Assembly (NCBI GenBank): GCA_003971905.1
Contig: RSEE01000004.1
Coordinates: 682,001-746,000, forward strand
Origin: Moniliella sp. 'wahieum'
Lineage: Eukaryota
Reading direction: 5' to 3'
Length of the DNA stretch: 64,000 nt
Part shown: in pieces, positions 24,852 through 39,100 of the stretch
Layout: the number at the start of each line of letters is the position of its first letter
Position numbering within the stretch: position 1 is the stretch's first letter
The notes under the pieces: model-generated
What the model was told of the DNA's origin: nothing
Seen by the model: only the letters and a program-made list of their open reading frames with translations
Database searches by the model: none
Made by a program: the position numbers and the translations under genes

Positions 24852-25982
24852 TCAGAAGTAGTCGGAGGGCAACGCAGTACATGCCAGACTGCTCTTGTCC
24901 TTGGCGTACAAGCGGGCCTCTCGTGCCTCTTGTGATGCCAGCGACTGGAGGCAACGTGGGAATACACCTGTCAGTCTGAGAGAGCCATAGGAAAACCAAA
25001 AAAACAAATGAAGAAGCTTGACGCACCTGTTCTGTGTTCCATTTGAGGTCCATCCACGGTTCTTGCTCGGCCTCCAGGAGAGGGGCAAGAATTTGTTCGC
25101 GCGAGGGGGCACCAGGAGCGGTGAAACTGGCCCCTCGACTATCGGCTGCTTGCTCACGAAGAGAGACTGTGATACTTCGCCCCTTGGCAGAGCTGGAAGT
25201 GGAAGAAGGCTCATCCGTCCCTCGCTGGCCGCATCGTTCAAGTCGAGGTAATGCAAGGACGGAGAGCTGGTGGACACTGTCCAAACTTGACAAGTGCAGA
25301 GCGCCTAAAAAAATTAAGTTAGTCACCACTTTTTCTCATTGAATCCGTCTCGGAAACAGGAGGGGGTTGATAACGAACCTTCATGCATGACGCCCACAAA
25401 GTAGCGTGTTGCATTAGGCACCAAGGTCGACTGCAGTCGGATCTTGTCGAGTTTTTTGCCGCGAGGGCGGGTGGAGGCCGCGACGCCTCCGAGGAAAACA
25501 GATTCGTCGTCGGAATCTAGCTCTTTCTTGACCCGCGCCTTCTTTGGTGCTGTGGCAGCAACAACGTTCGCCCCCATCTCCTGGCCCGCTTCGGAATTGT
25601 ACACTTTGGGTCTCGTGTCGAGGGGCACATCGACTTCCACCCAGTTGGCGCGCGGGCGCCAACGCGCCGCCAAGGATAAGTTTCGTTCGGCGGCCGAAGG
25701 GGGCATGGGAACGCTATCCCCGGCTGGATAGTTAGGATACTGGAACAGCGAGAGCGACTGCTTCGACCCATACGCCGAGGCACGAGAGAGGTAGACTGGA
25801 ATCGAAGTCACCCCTTCTTCGTCCTCCTCTTCCTCCTCCGATTCGCTCACCACCTCCACCCCAACCAGTGGGTCCATGGCGGATGGGGCAGAGACGGTGT
25901 CCATGTCGACATCGGACGAGTCGGTCTCGGCGGTCTCGGCGGCGGGCGCGTTGCGGAAGAGAGGTGGGGCGTCGCTGGACAT
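24852..25982 (-). CDS. RPC37: RNA polymerase III subunit C37 (RPC5, Sin-N domain)
   Basis: IPVYLS..LSLFQYP..ARWRP..VEVDVPLDT..LQSTLVPNATRYFVGVMHEG|ALHLSSLDSVHQL..LHYLD; introns 25305-25378 and 24945-25026. Confidence 0.88.
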
Positions 25983-26339
25983 GTCCAAGAATGGGGGGGG
26001 GGATGGTCGCGTCGAAAAAAAAAGCAGCGGCAAACCCAGCTGGACGCTGGACTAGCAGCACTGCTACATTTCAAATGGCTGCTACCCAGCAAAAAGGCAT
26101 CCGTAACGCAAGAGCCCTGAGATTGGCCGTACTTATATAACGCACGCCCAACCACCGCAACCACACCCGCTCGCCCCCAGCGCTCCATGTATGGCCTGAA
26201 ACACAAAGCACCACCACATACCCATCCTCCGTTCCAGCAACAACTACCATTAGATAGACACATGCACAAAGAGCAAGACAACGCCAACGGCATCTTTTGT
26301 TTGGGGCAAGAGAGCGCGCGGGAAGGGGAGGGGGTTGGA

Positions 26340-29300
26340 GCGCATCATGCCGGGGCGCAACCAGCGAGTTGGATCGTAACAGCACCGGTGGGTCGCGCGG
26401 AACGAGCGAGGCGGGCGCACAGGCCAAATGCCATGCCTGTCCATTGCGCGCGAGCAGCACCGGAGCCGAAACGGGCAAGCGCACCATCTCGGTCCCAGCG
26501 GCAGGCGCCGTCGGCCCGTTGCGGACGCTGGTAGGCCCGGCCAGGCGCTCCCCCAGCCCGTCCAGGTCGGCGAGGTGGTGCGGCGAATCGGTCCGGGGGG
26601 GCAAGGTGAAGTAATCGGTGATTGCCGCCGAGGCGTGAGGGTGAGGGTGGGACAAGAGAGGACCACCACTGCCGGCGCGACGACGATCGTCCGATCCGTC
26701 GGGTTGAGCCCGTGCCGATGGTTTGTCTCGCAATGGGGCCTTGCCCTTGTCGATCGCTGGGCTAGGCAGTCCGTCGAGGTAAGGTGCCGAGTTGCGCTTG
26801 GGCAGGCTCAAACGCTCCCCCGTGCCGTCACCACCGACGGCCGCCGTGGTTCCTGTGGGCTGGCGAGCGGGGGGAAACTCGTGCGGAGACAGGCGGGACG
26901 CCCGTGCTGGGCACGCCCAGTAGGGAAAGAGACCTCTGGGGAGTTGACGACCCCGTTCCTGGAAGGCCAGGCGTCAAGGACGGGGTCCAAGTCCCATTCC
27001 CATTCCCATTCCCGCTCCCGCTCCCGTTCCCATCCCCATCCCATTCGCATTCACATTGCCACTTCCATTTCCGGTCCCGTTGAGACTGGGCGAGAGAGGC
27101 GGGATGCCTAAGACGGGTGCGTCCAAGCTGGAAGGCGGCGAGGAATAAAAGACGGGGAGACCACAACGGGCACACGAAGCTTTGTTCGGTTCCTGCTGGG
27201 GACGCCATCCGCTCCGACGCGCCCGGACCAGGGCGTCAAACGCATCCGCCTCGTCCCTTTGCACCGCCCTCCGCGCCATATCCAACTCGTCTGCCCGCGC
27301 ACGGTACGCAGAGGCGATGGCTTGAACGATAGGCCGAATGTCGGCCGCGTACCGTACGCGGGAGGCTGGATAAGCCACCGCTAAAGGCGCTACCTCTTTG
27401 CTTTCGGTCTCTTGGGGGACGTATCCATACCGTCGCCCCAAAGAGCATGGATCAGAGCAGGGAAAGAGACCTGTTGCCCTACGGGAGCAGCCAAGATGGA
27501 CGCCACCGTCTGCTCGGTCAGCTCGGCGCGGCAGCGGCGGGCCGGGGTGTTCTTGCGTCCCATGCTGCGCTGGGCCAGGGCGACCATATGGTTCAAACTG
27601 ACCAGCGCGGCAACCAGCCGCGTCCATCGGTCTGATGAAGGAGGTTGCCCAGACACCGTTGACGCTTCGGCCGTCGTGATGATCCCCACGGCTCCAGCAA
27701 ACGAAGAGCGTAACGCTTCGATCGAATCGCGTAGCGTCACTTCTCGTTCGCTCATTTGCAGCGCCACGGCCGCCGCCACACTCTGTCCCACCTCTGCGAC
27801 AATCTTGTCGAGCATATCTAATGCCCCATCGGGCCCATGCACCGCATTCGACGCCCATACCAACGCGTTGTAGACGTGGTCCTCCTCCGCCACAGTCACC
27901 ACATGGTCCAAGTCAAACGTGCCCGGCGCAGAGGCCTGAAGAACATTCAACAAAGCCCCCGGCACCAGTCCGCTAACCAAGCTGATGTACAAATTGCCCG
28001 CGTCTGGGGAAGACGGTGGGGGGTCAAGGTGGCGCCTAAAGCTACCACACTGCCGAAGCGTGGGAAGCCGCTTTGGCTGCCTCGGCCGCTTCGGCCGCAA
28101 GTCCTGATCATCTTGGACTCGCCCCGTAGGTGGCTCGGGTGCAGCCCACGGAAAGTAGCATGCCAGATAGGCCAGTTGGGTAGTCTCGGGGGCACTGCTA
28201 AAGCGAATCGAGAACGGCACTTTGCTGCGCAGACGCCACGTCGTCCATCAAGATGGCCGTCTGTGCCACATCCAGCACCACCAACGTTCCAGCTGCCGAG
28301 GCCAGCTGCTGCTCCAGCAAGGTACGCCGTGGGTCGTCACGAGGACACTGTGCAAAGATGGTTCGAATGTCGGTAAAGAACGAGGTGGGATCAACCTCCT
28401 CGGTGCCCGTCGTGCCCACCGTTGCGGTCGTGCCGACGCGCGAAGTAAATCCTTGCTCGGCCTGGGCGTTTTGCAGCACAAGGCCCAAGAGTTTGTCCCA
28501 CACTTTGGCACGGCGGTAACAGCGAGCGAGCAGGCGGGTAAATCCGGCCGCTTCAAACAGAGGGATGAGGGACTCGATGCCGCCTGCAACCGAATTGGCC
28601 AGTAAACTCTCGGCGGCCAGTTCGCGGTCGGCTAGGGTGTCTTCCTCGCCATGCGAAGAAAGACGCTGGAGAATGGCCTTGACCGCTTCGGGGGAAAGGG
28701 TGATGAACTGGGGGTATTTGGGCGTGTTACGGGCGATAAAAATGTCGATCAGCAACCCGGTTGTAGTGGCGGCGTCCGGGCCGTTGGACCCAGCCGCGGA
28801 CGGGACACCCGCCTCGGCAGAAATGGTGAGCAAGACATCGGTGATCTGTTGTCGCGTAATGACCGCCGTATCGGTCTCGTCCAAGTACGAGTCCTCCATG
28901 GCCAGATCAATCACGTCCAGCAACGCTTCCGCATCGAGGGAAAGAAGGATGTGGAGCAGAGGATAGCCAACGGGTGTAGTTGGGTGCTCGGATGGGCGGT
29001 CCGAAGACGAGGAGGAGTGGGGGGCAGAGTGGGTGCAGACTGAGCCCAGTGAGCATCAGTCGGAGCAAACAAGGTGTGGTAGATCTGAGCGCGTGCCTCA
29101 CTCGCCAACGGTTCGCCGAGCGGCCGTTGACTGGGGTACTGGCGCCCGACCAGGCTGACCGAGAGGTAGGAAAAGATCTTGTACGCATTGGCCACGCGGC
29201 GCTCCTCTTCCGCCGCCTCATTCGCCTCGAGATGGAGGAGACGCCGGACAAGGTCGCCCAGCTCGACCAGCGGGGCAGCAAAGTCGTGCAGGCCCTGATT

Positions 29301-32300
29301 GAGGACGTAGACCAACGCATCGTACAGTCCATGGGTTTGGCATACGCCCAAGACCTGATCCAGGTCCAAACAGGCTGCACGTGCCACACCAGCCGCGCCG
29401 CCTCGTCGTACTCCCCCCGGGCGGTATGGAAGGTAAGCAACCGTTGAACCACTTCGGGCGGCAAGGTGGCCATGCGACTCGCCAGGATAAACCGCTCCAT
29501 TTGCGCCACAAACAAGTCTTCGATCCCGGCGTTGGTGTAGCGTTCGTACAGGTCCGACCAGAGGAACTGCGTGTCGCCCAGGTCGAGGCAAGCCTCAGCG
29601 CACGTACGTGCCAACAACTCGAAAAATTCCGTCCGGTCCACCCCCGGCCATCGAGACTGACATGGGTCGAGTCACGGAAACGTTCTTCGCTGAACGCGTA
29701 GGCTGCAGATGCCTGCATCAGCTCGAGCAGGCGCCCACCGACGCGCTCATGCCGTTCCTCCGTGGTGCGGGGGAGCCCGTAACTAAAGAACGGATGGGCG
29801 CCTAGGTAGTACGCCGTGGCCAAGCGGATCGCAGAGATAAAGTTGCCCTGGGACACCAGCGCCAGCAAGTGGTCCGCCCATGACAGCAGCGTGCCTACAG
29901 CGACTTGGCTAGCCGTCTTTGGTTTGGGGGAGGGGGGAAGGTCAGCGATAAGGACTGGGCACAAACAAGGGCGGGGGGAGGGGGGGGGGGGGGGGGGGTG
30001 AAACGTACCAAAACAAACACCCTGTGTCCCGCAATTGCCAAGCTCATCCCGATCGCGAAGCGGGTCGATGGAGGGTAAGGGTGGAGTCCCGCAGTACCGG
30101 GACGGGAGGCAGCCAAGGATGGGCGAGTACTTCAGAGAGCGGGTGCGGGCGAGGGGCAGTGTGGCGCAACGCATGCACTTGCGTATCAAACAAGGAAAAT
30201 GTAGAAGCGCCCACGATGAGCAAGAGCTCGGGGTCGAGCCAACGGAGTGCCAGCGGGGCTTCGGGAAGAGACACGAGGTCGTGCTCAATCAGTTCCACAT
30301 GTTCACCTTGAGCGCTGCCGGAGGAATCCCCCACGGGCCGTCGTGCGGCAGCAACCGACAGTTCGAGTAGAGTTAGCTCAGTGCCCAGCGTACACGCAAG
30401 TGTCGGCCGCTTGCCTTCGGCCGCCGGGCGCCATGCCACGGCCGCAGCCAACAGCTGGACTGGTGGGAGACGACCCGGAAGGCGGTACGTGGGGGGCTTT
30501 GTGTCGCCACCACGTTCGGGCGACTGGCTTGATCGCACAGAGCACCACCTTGTCCGGGGCAGCGATGGCAATGAAGAGGTGGCCATCGCTCAAGTGAGAA
30601 GCAGTGCCGAGCGGGAGAGCGGCCATGTCGAGGATGGTGGAATGAGATTCAGAAGACGAGGCAGGGTAGCGACCAAAGATGCGGAGTGTGTCGTTGGAGC
30701 TGACCCCCAGAATCTTTCCCAGCGAATGGTAGAAATGCCAGTCCAGTGTGGTCCGCCGAGACGATGGCAGTGTGCCGCGCTCCCAGGAAGGACAGACGCA
30801 CAATCCGCGAGCCCGCCAGATGGCCTTCCCTTCGACCGCTGCGAACTGCACTGAGCAGAACGGGGGCAACGTGCCGCAGGGGATCGAGGTTTGGCCAGGT
30901 CCCAGAGAACAATGTGTCCATTGGAATGGCCCACTCCTACAAAGGTGCCATCGTGAGAAAAGGAGAGCGCTGTCACTTCTCCTGGGCGTCGGCCGCTTGT
31001 TTGCCCGCCAAGAGAAGGTGGGCATGAAGATGCTGCGCATACGTAAAGACAAATGTCTCGCCCGACGTGAGACCCACCGCGATGAGCCCATGCGAGGTTG
31101 CAATGGCCGTCGGCGTTGCCCGAGCTCGTGCGGTGGGTCGAGACCCTTGGTGGGCAGTGTCGAGACGAGCTTCGTATTCTTGCTCTGCCATCACCTCCGT
31201 CTCACGTGCGCTGCGCCGCGGGGTGGGGGGAGGGAACGGCCCGGTTGACTTGACGCATGGTGGACCAGTGGAATAGGTCTTGTTGCTCGAGCGCTAGGAG
31301 ATGGGCACCGGCACCTTGGGTCAGGGCACGCCCTTGCCATCAAATGCACGACTGTCAAACTCTTGGGAAACCTGTCCTTGGCTCTTGTCGGCATCCAAGG
31401 GTAGGAGGTGTGCACAGCGTTAGCCGTAGCAAACGAAAGCATACTTACGCTCCCCCTTCGGCTCAAGGGCGCCTCGGAGCACCCCACGGGTAAAACCGGT
31501 TGGAAGGAAGAGCAGAGGTGCCAAGGGTAGACACGCTCCCGCTGCGAGGGCGGGAGGAAGAAACGTTCTCCTCGGTCCGAACACTGGTGATACTGGGTGC
31601 ACGAGAACGGGTGCGGGAGCCAGAACGAGAACGGAACGGGAGCTCGGGAACGGGAGCGGGAACGAGTACGATCTGCTGAGACCGATGGGCCGAGAGAGAA
31701 CGGCACTGCTATTGGCACGGTGCTCGTATCCGACACGAGAGAGCCCGCTCGCAAACGCATTAAGGCCGGAAATTCTTTGGGTCGTTGCCGATCGGCGCGA
31801 ATCTTGTCGGAGCGGACGTGGGAAGGGCAAACTGTTGGTCCAGCCCGGTCACCCCCCTGGGGCCGGAGCTGGGGCCGAGCTGGGCCGAAGCTGGGCCGGA
31901 TCTGGGGCCGAAGCTGGGCCGGAGCTGGGTCCGGACCGATGTGGATGAGGGCGATGGAGATGGTGTGCGGATACTGCGTCCCGAATTGGCTTGTGGAGAC
32001 AGGGCATGGCCTGCTCCCCAGAGGATTTTGGGGAGAGAGTTGGATTTGGGCACTGTGGTGGTGAAGGAGGGCGGGGGGACGTCTGTTCCAATGTCGCGGA
32101 GAAGGCGACCTTACCCCTGATGAGGCCGAGAGATGGGGCGAGGCAGAAGAGGGGGCCGCTGCAGCCTCTGCTACAGGCGGGGACCGCGGAGGCGCCGCAA
32201 GTCGGGCGTTTTGGACAGTAGACAGGCTCTTGGGCGGCAACTGCGCGACGGCGATGTAGCATGCGAAGTGACGGGTACTGGGGCAGGCACTGGGGCATGT

Positions 32301-32856
32301 ACTGGGGCCGGGGCGGACGGCAGATCTTGATCTTGCGAAGGATGAGAACCATCCGACTCTTGCGGCTCCTGCGACAGATGCGACAGATGCGACAGATGCG
32401 GTCCTCCGAGACAGCCTCCGTGTCGGCATCGGATCCAAGGACGTCCTTGAGCTCAGCGAGATAGGCATCGTCCCCATCGTCTTCGTCTGACAGGGAGAGC
32501 GGCGTGTCCTTGGGCAGGCGAGGGGAGGAGACAGATCGGACAAGTCGGCCGATTGCAGTCGATCGACCCTTGGTCCAGGTCATCCGACCCGTCCGACTCG
32601 CCTGACGCATCTGACCCAGGGGTGGCAGCGCTCGTGCTGGATTGGTTCGTGCTGGTGCTGGTGCTGGAAGGGCGGCCCAGGCGGAGGTGGCATCGGTAGG
32701 GCTGGAGGAGCGGGCAAGAGCGGAGAAGAAGCAGCGATGGGAGGCTGCCAACGCCATTGGGCAGGCCGGGAGCGCCGCGGGGTCCTCTTCGTCGGCCGAA
32801 GCGTCAGAAAGGATGTCGGCCAGGTCGCGCTCGTAGGCGCCGTCTTCGTCGGCCAT
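26340..32856 (-). CDS. VPS8: CORVET subunit Vps8 (disordered N-terminus, beta-propeller, alpha-solenoid, degenerate RING); many frameshifts, end approximate
   Basis: PTAIATSHGLIAVGLTSG, VTALSFSHDGTFVGVGHSNGHIVLWDL, LSWADHLLALVSQGNFISAIRLA, LPPEVVQRLL, LDLDQVLGVCQTHGLYDALVYV, GWRP..CARCG. Confidence 0.88.
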
Positions 32857-33173
32857 GGCCAGCGCGGGAGGAGGCAGCGGGACGCGGGGAACGAGGGGGC
32901 GGGGGCGTGAGGCGAGCAGCGAGCGTGTTGGCGTCGGCGTGGGCGTCGGCGGAGGCGGAGGCGCGCGCTCCCCGCTCCACCGCCCGCACCCGATAATCGC
33001 AGCTGCCGCCTCTCGCCCCCTGCCGCCCTCCTCGCACCGGGCGGAATGCCCCGGCGGAATTACCCCTTGTGGGTAGTTGCGCTGGGCCAGCTATACGCAG
33101 GTAGGTGATGCCCTCTCCCGCCTCCTTGCCAGCACCGCCGCCACCACACCCCGCCACCACCACCATCACCACC

Positions 33174-35118
33174 ATGGACGACGGGCAAGCACCAGTGCGC
33201 ACCTCTCTGTGCCCGCCGCAGCTGCGTCCCTGCCCCTGCATCGGACCGCACCAGCGAGTCCGCGTCGCCCAGTATGGGCGGAGCGGCGCTGCCGCGTTCG
33301 ACCTCTCGGGCCGGGTCGGCGGTGCCGTCGTCGGTTGCCGCGGGCGCCCCTATTGGGCTCTCTCTGCCCACCCGAACCACCAGTGCTGGTGGAGGAGGTG
33401 CCAAGAAGAAGAAAGGCGGAAGGCGGCTCAAGGTGGCCTTCCGCAAAACCAAGCTGGCCTAGCGACCTTGGCCGGTCCCAAGAACGCGGCGTACATGCAA
33501 GGCTACTCTCGCGAATTGGACAGCAGTGATGATGAGACGGGTCCCGGGGTAGCGTTTGAGGAGCAAATTATTCTTCGCTTGCCACCCGGTCCCGAGACGG
33601 CGCGCTTGCGCGAGTTGGTCCGGACCCGGGCGCTGGGCGATCCAGGTGCGCCACCGGTCTGGTTCAAGTTTAAAGATTCGCGTCGGGCCGTGGTACGCGT
33701 GGCAGAGCAACTGTTTGCGGCCAAGCTGGTCGATTTGCCCACGATTAGCGAGACGCACAAAACGATGGACAATAAAACTTTGTCAAGTCGGCCGATATTT
33801 CCCAGATGCTGCTTGCCACCCATCGCATCCACGACGAGGCGGAAGCCATGGCCTATACCAACTCTATGGGTCCCACTGTGGACGAGAACGAGGCACGCAT
33901 TGTGGAAGCACTGCAGGCTGAAGTAGATGCCAAGCGCGTGAGGCTGGCTTTGCCCGCCCGTGCCAGGCGCCGGGGCGAGTGGTGGCTCGAGCGGTACGCA
34001 GGCGCATGGCCAGGGAGCCGCGGCCCATGCCGGCTTTGATAAGCGCGACTTTCTCTATCCACATGGCCTGACACCGCCCATGGCATGGGCACGACAGCGA
34101 CGGTTTCCGCCACGTTCTGTCGCGCAACAAGAACGGCGTTCTGAACGAGGTGGATCGTCTGTTGGCCGACGACGACGAGGCGGATGAGGTGGAAACCGAG
34201 CTGATGGACGCAGCCGAGGCCGAGGCAGAAATTGCGGCGGCGGCAGCCGCAGCAGCGGCGCCGCAGGAGGCGGATGGGGACGCGGAAGATGCTTCGGCTT
34301 TGGGCAGCGAAGGGGAGGAGGTGGATCGTGATTTGGCCGCGGCGCTGGATGCTGTGCTGGATGGGGACGACGATGACAACTCGGACGCGATGAGCGCTAC
34401 AGCGTCGGTCACGGCTTCGCTCTTGTCTGGACGCTTGGGCGGGCGCGGCGGCAGCGTTGGTGAAGTGAGCGATGAAGAGGAGGAGGAGGATGACGATGAT
34501 GAGATGGACGATGATCTGTTTGATGGTGCGTCGGGCGCCGACGACGAAGATGGGGATGATGGCGACGATGATGGCAATGAGGAGCTGCACGAGTTCCGCG
34601 CTCGTCAGCGTCAACTGGGCCAAGAGATTCGTGAAATTGAAGCGTTGGTTAAACGGAGGGGGGACGAGTTGGAGCGGCACAAGAACCCGTTGCTCAAGCA
34701 ACGAGCTCAGACCACATTGGACAAGACGCGTGCCGAGTTGGAGGCCAAACGGGCGCAACTGGCGGCCGTGTCGGAAGAACGACGGCGTGCGCGCGCCGAT
34801 CTTGCGGCCGAGCAGGAGGAAGAGGCAGCGCGTGCCGCCATGGCCGCCCAAGCCGACCGGGCCGACTCGGAGCAGCCCGAAGCGCCCGCAGGTCAGGAAG
34901 GAGGCCACCTGCGTCGGAGCCCCGGACGGTTGCTCATCCTACGGCGCCTACCGGCGGCACACCCTCGCCTCCCGCTCATTCCCATTCCCATTCTCATTCG
35001 CATTCCCCCCACGTCAACCTCCACCCTCGCCCCCATGCTTCCCCACACATGCCTGCCCCCGACGGCGTATCTTCCCGAGCCACTGGCTGCACCGCCACCA
35101 TTATCGGTGGCGCCCAGC

Positions 35119-35150
<32 letters not shown>

Positions 35151-35337
35151 ACCGGCCGCAGCGGCTGGCGGCTTGACTGGGGCTGGGATGGATGGGATGG
35201 ACGTGGATGCAGATGCAGATGCAGATGCAGATGCGGATGCGGATGCGGATGCGGATGCGGAGGCGAGGCGGATGTGGATGCCGAGGGAAGCGAGGATGAT
35301 CTGTTTGGCGGGGGGGATGAGTGATGGGGATCGATGA
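33174..35337 (+). CDS. TAF7: TFIID subunit 7 (TAFII55 N-terminal domain, acidic region and coiled coil); frameshifted
   Basis: FEEQIILRLP, WFKFKDSRRAVV, FAAKLVDLPTISETHKT, FLYPHGLTPPMAWARQRRF, KNPLLKQR. Confidence 0.92.
35119..35260 (+). repeat. Coding microsatellites (GCT)n and (GATGCA/GATGCG)n encoding poly-Ala and (DA)n
   Basis: Directly visible. Confidence 0.9.
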
Positions 35338-35419
35338 GGCGGCCGAAGCAAATGGATGTTGGATCGATGAGATGTACACCAGCCTACGTAGTGGAGGGCC
35401 AGCCGATCTCGACGATCGG

Positions 35420-36030
35420 CGATGGATGATGGATGATGGATGGATGATGGATGATCGGCGGCCACCGGACACCGGACGCTGATCACCAATCGATCATCTC
35501 CGACATGGCATGGCGGTGGCAGGCGCGGAGGATGCAGAGGATGGATGATGCATGGTGCATGATGCATGATACATGATGTGTGATGTGCGCGCCGCCTCGG
35601 CAGATGGGTTCGATGTGGCACCCGGGGGCGCTGCCCAGCACAGCCGACCAGAGCACGAGCGGCGCAGGCACAGCGGCATGTTACCCCTCGGGAGGGCGTG
35701 GCGGATGCAGCGGATCGGCAGCGTGTGGTGCCTGGCCGCTGCTCACCGGTGAGCGATGTCCGGGTGGCGGCAGGCGGCGCACGGCGCTGCGGCACAGTGT
35801 GCAACCGCGGGCACCAGGCGCGGGGCCAGTGGGGCGCGAGGGTGGGGCTGCCCCGGGGCTGCGCAGTGCGAGTCGCTGGCACGAGTCACGCCGATCGAAC
35901 TGGGGCCCGGGGCCGAGGAGCAGCAAGGGGCAGCAAGGGGCAGCAAGGGCAGCAAGGGCAGCAAGGGCAGCACGCAGCCCGGCAGCAACGCAGCACGCGG
36001 CAGCACGCAGCACGCGGCGCAGCACGGGGG
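35420..36030. repeat. Intergenic low-complexity tract: (GATG/GAT)n, (GCAT)n, (GCAAGGGCA)n, (GCACGCA)n
   Basis: Directly visible short tandem repeats. Confidence 0.8.
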
Positions 36031-36133
36031 CGCCCGGCGCGGCGGCTGGTGCGCTTGCCATGCAAGGCGCTGCGCTCTGGTTGGCCTGCTGCGTCCACTC
36101 CGCCACGCCTCGGCTGTCCTGTCGGCCAAGTAC

Positions 36134-39100
36134 ATGCCATGCCCCCCGCCGCGCCCCCCGTCGCCCCCGCCTACCACCGCCCCCTCGGCTCCCGCCCGCC
36201 GCCGCCCCCGTCGCTGCCCGCCGCCCTGCCCGCCTCGCTGCCCCCCTCGCTCCCCATGTCCCTCGCCTCGCAGCCACAGCGCCAGCCGCAGCCGTACCCA
36301 CAGTATCCCTCGGCCCATCCCTTCTCCTCCTCGGCCGCCGCCTACGCCTCCCTCCCGCCTGCTACGCGGCCCTCCCCTGTCCCCCCCGCCGCCGCCGCCC
36401 GCATCTGCCCCACCTCCCTTTGCTCCCCGGCCCCACGCTCCTCCTCCCTCGGCACTCGCCAACCGGCGCCCTCCGCCTGGCCCCAGCCCTGCCCGACGCT
36501 CCTCCAGCTCCGCACAGGGCCCTCCCCCCTCGGCATCCGCGGCTGCCGTAGCTGCCATCGGCTCCAACCAATTCTCCTCCCACCCCCACGCCCACCAGTC
36601 CTCCACCTCCGTCTCCTCCACCACCACCTCCACCACCAAGGATTCCCGCCGCTCTTCCATCCGTCGCTTCAGTAACCTCTTCAGCCTCAGAAGGAAGTCC
36701 CGCCACGACTCATCCGACACCCAGAGTGTACCCCCCACCACTCCCACTTCTGCTTCTGTCTCTGCCTTTGCAGCCGCCCTGCCTCTCCAGCTCCTCCGCT
36801 CTCGGGGCGTATCCAGCCAGCGCCCAACGGCGCCACCCCGGGGCCACAAGCTCCGTCCGCCAAGACTGCCACTGCCCCACCCAGTTCTTTTATTCACCCC
36901 TTGAACAAGGCCGCCTATGCCAACGGGTCGGATCAAATGGGTTCCATCATCTCCAGTCCGGGAGCAGGAGCTGCGACAGCGGGACCGGGACCAGCTTTGG
37001 CCCGGGGTGCCTCCGTGCAGCGTCAATCGAGCATCAATTTGCGCAGCTACCGGGCGGACGCAACGCTGCGTCTGCGTCTGCGCCTGCCCAAGGCCCTGCC
37101 GTTGCTGCTGCTGTTGCCTCGCCCGCCGTAGCGCGCCCAGCACCGAATCCCTGTCTACCAACCAGACCAACCAGAGCACCTCCTCCGCTCTGGCCAGTAG
37201 CACTACCTCGGGCGAAGCCGGGGAGCACGTGCCCGCCCTCACACGGGCCCAACTGCTTCAATTTGCCCAAAACATGGGTTTGATCCTAGCGATCCCAACC
37301 TGCCTGTCTACGCGCGTCTGCAGGCGGCAGCCGATGCTGCCATTATCGACGAAAAGGCAGGGGGTGGCGGTGTAGGGGAGCTTGGCCCCGTCCCGCAGAT
37401 CCAGCGCGCCCCACGCCGCCCCCTCCCCCACGCCGCCATCGCCGGACCCAGTCGTTGCTCCGGCTTTGGCCCGTCTGGTTGCCACGGTGCCCATCATGAC
37501 CCATACTGTTCTTCGTTATGCACGGAGCAACACGGGTATCGTTGCAGGGGAGGAGGAGGAGGACTCAATGTTCTTCTCGGCCTCCCAGGACATGACACCC
37601 ACTCCTGCGTACGCTCGAGGAAGCATGCAAATTCTTGGGCGTGCGTTCCGTGGGAAGCGCCCGCGGGAAACACGGACCTATGCCCGTGGCCTGGCGGCCG
37701 TTCTGTCTACTTCCAAACCGGATGTGTTGGCACTCTGGTGCACTATTTGGATGTAGACGACCTGGTGGCCCTGGGCGCGACATGTCGCTCCATCCGTGGC
37801 ACCCTGCAATCTACGCTTGGTCAAAGCTCATCCTTCATCGGTTCCTGGGGCCTGTAGGGTACGAGACATGGCCCTCGCAGCTGCGGGCGCTCAACGAGGC
37901 GATGCACTCGGGGGATGGGTACACTGCTCTGCTCTCCCCTGTGCCGGTAGCTGGGGCCGAAGGCGTGGATCCTGTCCCGCTCACCACGACGGATGTTTGG
38001 CATTACGCCCTGTCGCACGACTTGAAAGGCGAGTATGCTGCGCTAGGCCAGTTGGTTACGCGGTATGGGCGAGAGTGGATCCGCGGTGGATCCGCTTGGC
38101 CCAGCGTACTACCCAGGCGTACAACCGTGTTCTCGCACGCCTTCGCGCTCAACCGCATTGGGACCCGACAGGTGCTGCCGAAGCGGATCCGCGTCGGACG
38201 GGCGAGCTGACGCCTCTGATCCATTTGATTCACTGGGGTCCAGCGGGCAAACGCCGACCTGTGCTGCCTCGGTCGGGTACCAAGGACTCCAACGTGACCC
38301 AGGGAAGAAGTGGGACGGTTTCCCCCTGAGGATGGGCTCGAATGCGGGGCCAAATGAGCGCTCCGTTCGTGCGTGGGAACAAATGGGGCTCAAGCGGCGG
38401 TATGCCGAGGCGCGTGCGCTCGCGACCGCCAGCAAGACGGTAGCCAGTTCAGTGCGAAGCCCCATGCGGTGTTGGATCGCGCGCCTACCTGGCGCGTCTG
38501 GGTGCCTTCTACCAACCCAGCTGGCTGGCTTGAAGATGCCGAGCTAGCGCGTGTGGAAGACGAGTTATCACAAGCGGCGATTCGCGGGCATGCCAGTGCT
38601 GACCACTTGTTGGGGGAGGGCGACGTGGTGTGGGACGTGGCGCTAGGGGCAGAGCGCAACGAGGGCAAGTTTATCTATGACGGCACGTTTGTTCGGTACG
38701 CATTGTCTCCTGTTGTCTCTTTTTTTTGTTCTGTTTTGTATTGCCTAGGTGGGAGAGAGCTGATTCAAGTTGACTGCGTTTTGGTGATAGGGACTTGTCG
38801 TTTACCTTTGATCCGTGGGGCCATTTGCCTTCTGGGTAGATGCCATGTCGTTTCCGCTGAGTTGGTACCAAGGTGTGCTTCGTGCTTCGACGCCGCAACG
38901 TCCCATCATCTTCCTCGATGTACTTCCCTTCCGGGATGAACTGATGGAATCGCTCGTGTTGGCCCAGCAAGTGGTGCAGGGGGACAAGTACGCGATGCAC
39001 AAATGGATGGCGACGGCGACGGCGACCTTGGGACCGAAACCTCCTACCGTTCTCCGGCCGGGATGGACGGGCCACGGTGGTGCGTCTGGTGCAGCAAGTG

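Noticed and set aside
35580..37242. Long antisense/overlapping ORFs (up to 499 aa)
   Set aside because: Shadow ORFs from stop-poor GC-rich low-complexity DNA
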